From contig NC_135827.1 of NCBI RefSeq assembly GCF_964213995.1, positions 21,080,001-21,144,000 of the forward strand: DNA of 64,000 nucleotides. Reading direction: 5' to 3'. The notes beneath the pieces are model-generated. The model was given only the letters and a program-made list of their open reading frames with translations, searched no databases and was not told where the DNA came from. The stretch comes from Mustelus asterias. Its lineage: Eukaryota. Within the stretch, counting starts at the first letter, position 1. Each line of letters opens with the position of its first letter. A program made the position numbers and the translations under genes. This document shows positions 62,209 to 64,000 of this stretch, piece after piece.

Positions 62209-62257
62209 CTTGAACTCCTGTTTGTAAAATGAAAAGCAGCTTCAGCAGGAATTGCAT
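62209..62257 (-). CDS. IgSF receptor copy B, exon 1 (signal peptide)
   Basis: Same coding sequence as 37298-37346; donor gtaaga. Confidence 0.85.
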
Positions 62258-62968
62258 CTTTTCAATGTTTCCCACTGTTCCCGAAGCTGTTTAAACTTTC
62301 AGACCCAGGACCCGTTATTATCCTGTGCGTCTGTGTTTGAGACATCAATGCGGATGTTCCACCCGGTAATTAACCTGAATTTCACCCTGCAACCGGCAAC
62401 AACTGTGAAATACCATGACTTTCTGCTATCTTAAGGAAGGAAGTTACGTGGCAAGCGAAGATTGCTTTCTTTTCTCTTTTGATTTAACGGTGTTGTAAAG
62501 TTCTACGTTGAGGAGGCTTTTTAATCAAAGGAAATTAAAGAATCCCGCCAACATATTTCTGCTCCATAATAGCTGATCTTGGACGCTGATTGTAATAGAT
62601 TCAATACTAATTTCAATACTCCAATTATAATACAGTGGGCACCTTACAAGGTTTACATCAGGTTTACTTATCAGGTTTACATTGATTCAAATCGCTTTTC
62701 ATCCCATGAGTACAGTTGTTATTTTCTACATTTACAACACTAATCCTCTACTTATTTGAACTGTGTCAGTTAAATTGGTCAGGAGAATATTTTCTCCTTT
62801 CTTAAACTACAAATAGCTCACACATCTCCCACCCCATCCCTTGTACCCAAGGACCAAAGCTGCATTAATCCACCAATACCTATTTCAGATCACTATTGTC
62901 AGGGGCAGCCTACAGGTTGGGAGTTACACCACCATTGAGTATCTCTTGAGTTCTTAATGGAAGCAACT

Positions 62969-63040
62969 TCCTCGTTCGTGTAGAGGTTATTATCCTCGTC
63001 TGTTACGCTGGAGACCGGGGTTCAATTCCCCGATGGGGAT
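62969..63040 (+). pseudogene. tRNA-Asp-derived pseudogene (duplicate in unit B)
   Basis: Same sequence as 38058-38129. Confidence 0.8.
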
Positions 63041-63665
63041 CTGCCAACTTCCATATGGGCAGCACGATGGCACAGTGGTTAGCACTGCTGCCTCACAGTG
63101 CCAAGGACCCAGGTTCAATTCTGGCCTCGGTCACTGACTGTGTGGAGTTTGCACTTTCTCCCTGTCTCTGCATGCGTTTTCTCCCACAATCCAAAGACGT
63201 GCGGGTTAGGTTGATTGGCCATGTTAAGTTGAGCCTTAATGTCAGGAGGATTAGCAGGGTAAATGTGTGGGGTTATGGGAATAGGGCCTGAGTGGGATTG
63301 TGTTCGGTGCAAACCCGATGGGCCGAATGGCCTCCTTCTGCACTGTAGGATTCTGTGTTCTTTGATCTCTACTTAGAACCCCACTCTCTGGTGGTTCAGT
63401 TAGAATCTCTAAGGTGGGGCTGGAAGCATTGTTTTCCTCATCACATTAAGAAAATCCCACACAAAGTTTCTACACTGTATGAAAGGTACTTCATGCTGAG
63501 CTTCTCACCACGCAGTTTGTGAAAGGGAATTGCCTTTCTGGTTAGATTTTCACACCAGTTTCTTTAGTGCACAGTGGGGTTAGTTTGTGAGTTGACCCGT
63601 TACATTGTCCCATTGACATCAATGCATGCCAGAAACTGCTTTCTAAATGCATGTCACAACACAAC

Positions 63666-64000
63666 CTTCCAGGTACACGGTACATACTCTTGCAACTCGG
63701 CCAACGTTGTCTACCTGATACGCTGCAAGAAAGGATGTCCCGAGGCATGGTACATTGGGGAAACTATGCAGACGCTGCGACAACGGATGAATGAACACCG
63801 CTCGACAATCACCAGGCAAGACTGTTCTCTTCCTGTTGGGGAGCACTTCAGCGGTCACGGGCATTCGGCCTCTGATATTCGGGTAAGCGTTCTCCAAGGC
63901 GGCCTTCGCGACACACGACGGCGCAGAGTCGCTGAGCAGAAACTGATAGCCAAGTTCCGCACACACGAGGATGGCCTCAACCGGGATATTGGGTTCATGT
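63666..64000 (+). mobile_element. Penelope-like retroelement, GIY-YIG endonuclease region (runs off window)
   Basis: Open frame FQVHGTYSCNSANVVYLIRCKKGCPEAWYIGETMQTLRQRMNEH...HF...EQKLIAKF; absent from the equivalent site in unit A (38755). Confidence 0.88.

Larger units (their letters stand above)
54217..63665. repeat. Segmental duplication unit B
   Basis: Direct repeat of 30084-38754 at about 24 kb offset; visible homology ends at the Penelope insertion at 63666. Confidence 0.95.

Noticed and set aside
2141-63312. Many recurring 60-130 aa ORFs (MVSTAASQ..., MDCGRKPEHPEETH...) resembling a gene family
   Set aside because: All are translations of HE1 SINE copies.
1-64000. Prokaryotic systems (CRISPR arrays, operons, retrons)
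   Set aside because: The sequence is vertebrate, with spliceosomal introns and SINEs/LINEs; no repeat-spacer array seen.

Overview
Eukaryotic (vertebrate) DNA, almost certainly from a cartilaginous fish. The window is dense in HE1-type V-SINEs, CR1/HER1 LINEs, Rex/Babar LINEs, Penelope-like elements and a decayed Gypsy element, and most ORFs in the supplied track are repeat-derived. The protein-coding content I can support is two tandem minus-strand copies of a spliced immunoglobulin-superfamily type I membrane receptor. Each has a leader exon, a V exon with a germline-joined J-like GxGT motif, a C1-like exon, a C2/I-like exon and a TM exon, all joined by phase-1 GT-AG introns. The ectodomains differ at only 9 of about 337 residues by my manual comparison. 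The two 102-nt TM exons are unrelated in sequence. Copy A (37346->29287) has an uncharged TM and continues into a tail I cannot resolve. Copy B (62257->53348) has an Arg in the N-terminal part of its TM and a stop immediately after it, as in FcRgamma/CD3zeta-coupled activating receptors. This looks like a shark paired-receptor locus with a SIRP-like VJ-C1 module joined to a Siglec/CD22-like C2 domain. Other features: a stop-containing V pseudo-exon in intron 1 of both copies, a patchwork breakpoint between the ectodomain and TM exon of copy B, fold-back Penelope elements carrying hammerhead ribozyme motifs, and tRNA-Lys/Asp pseudogenes abutting SINEs. All alignments and translations were done by eye, and repeat boundaries are approximate.
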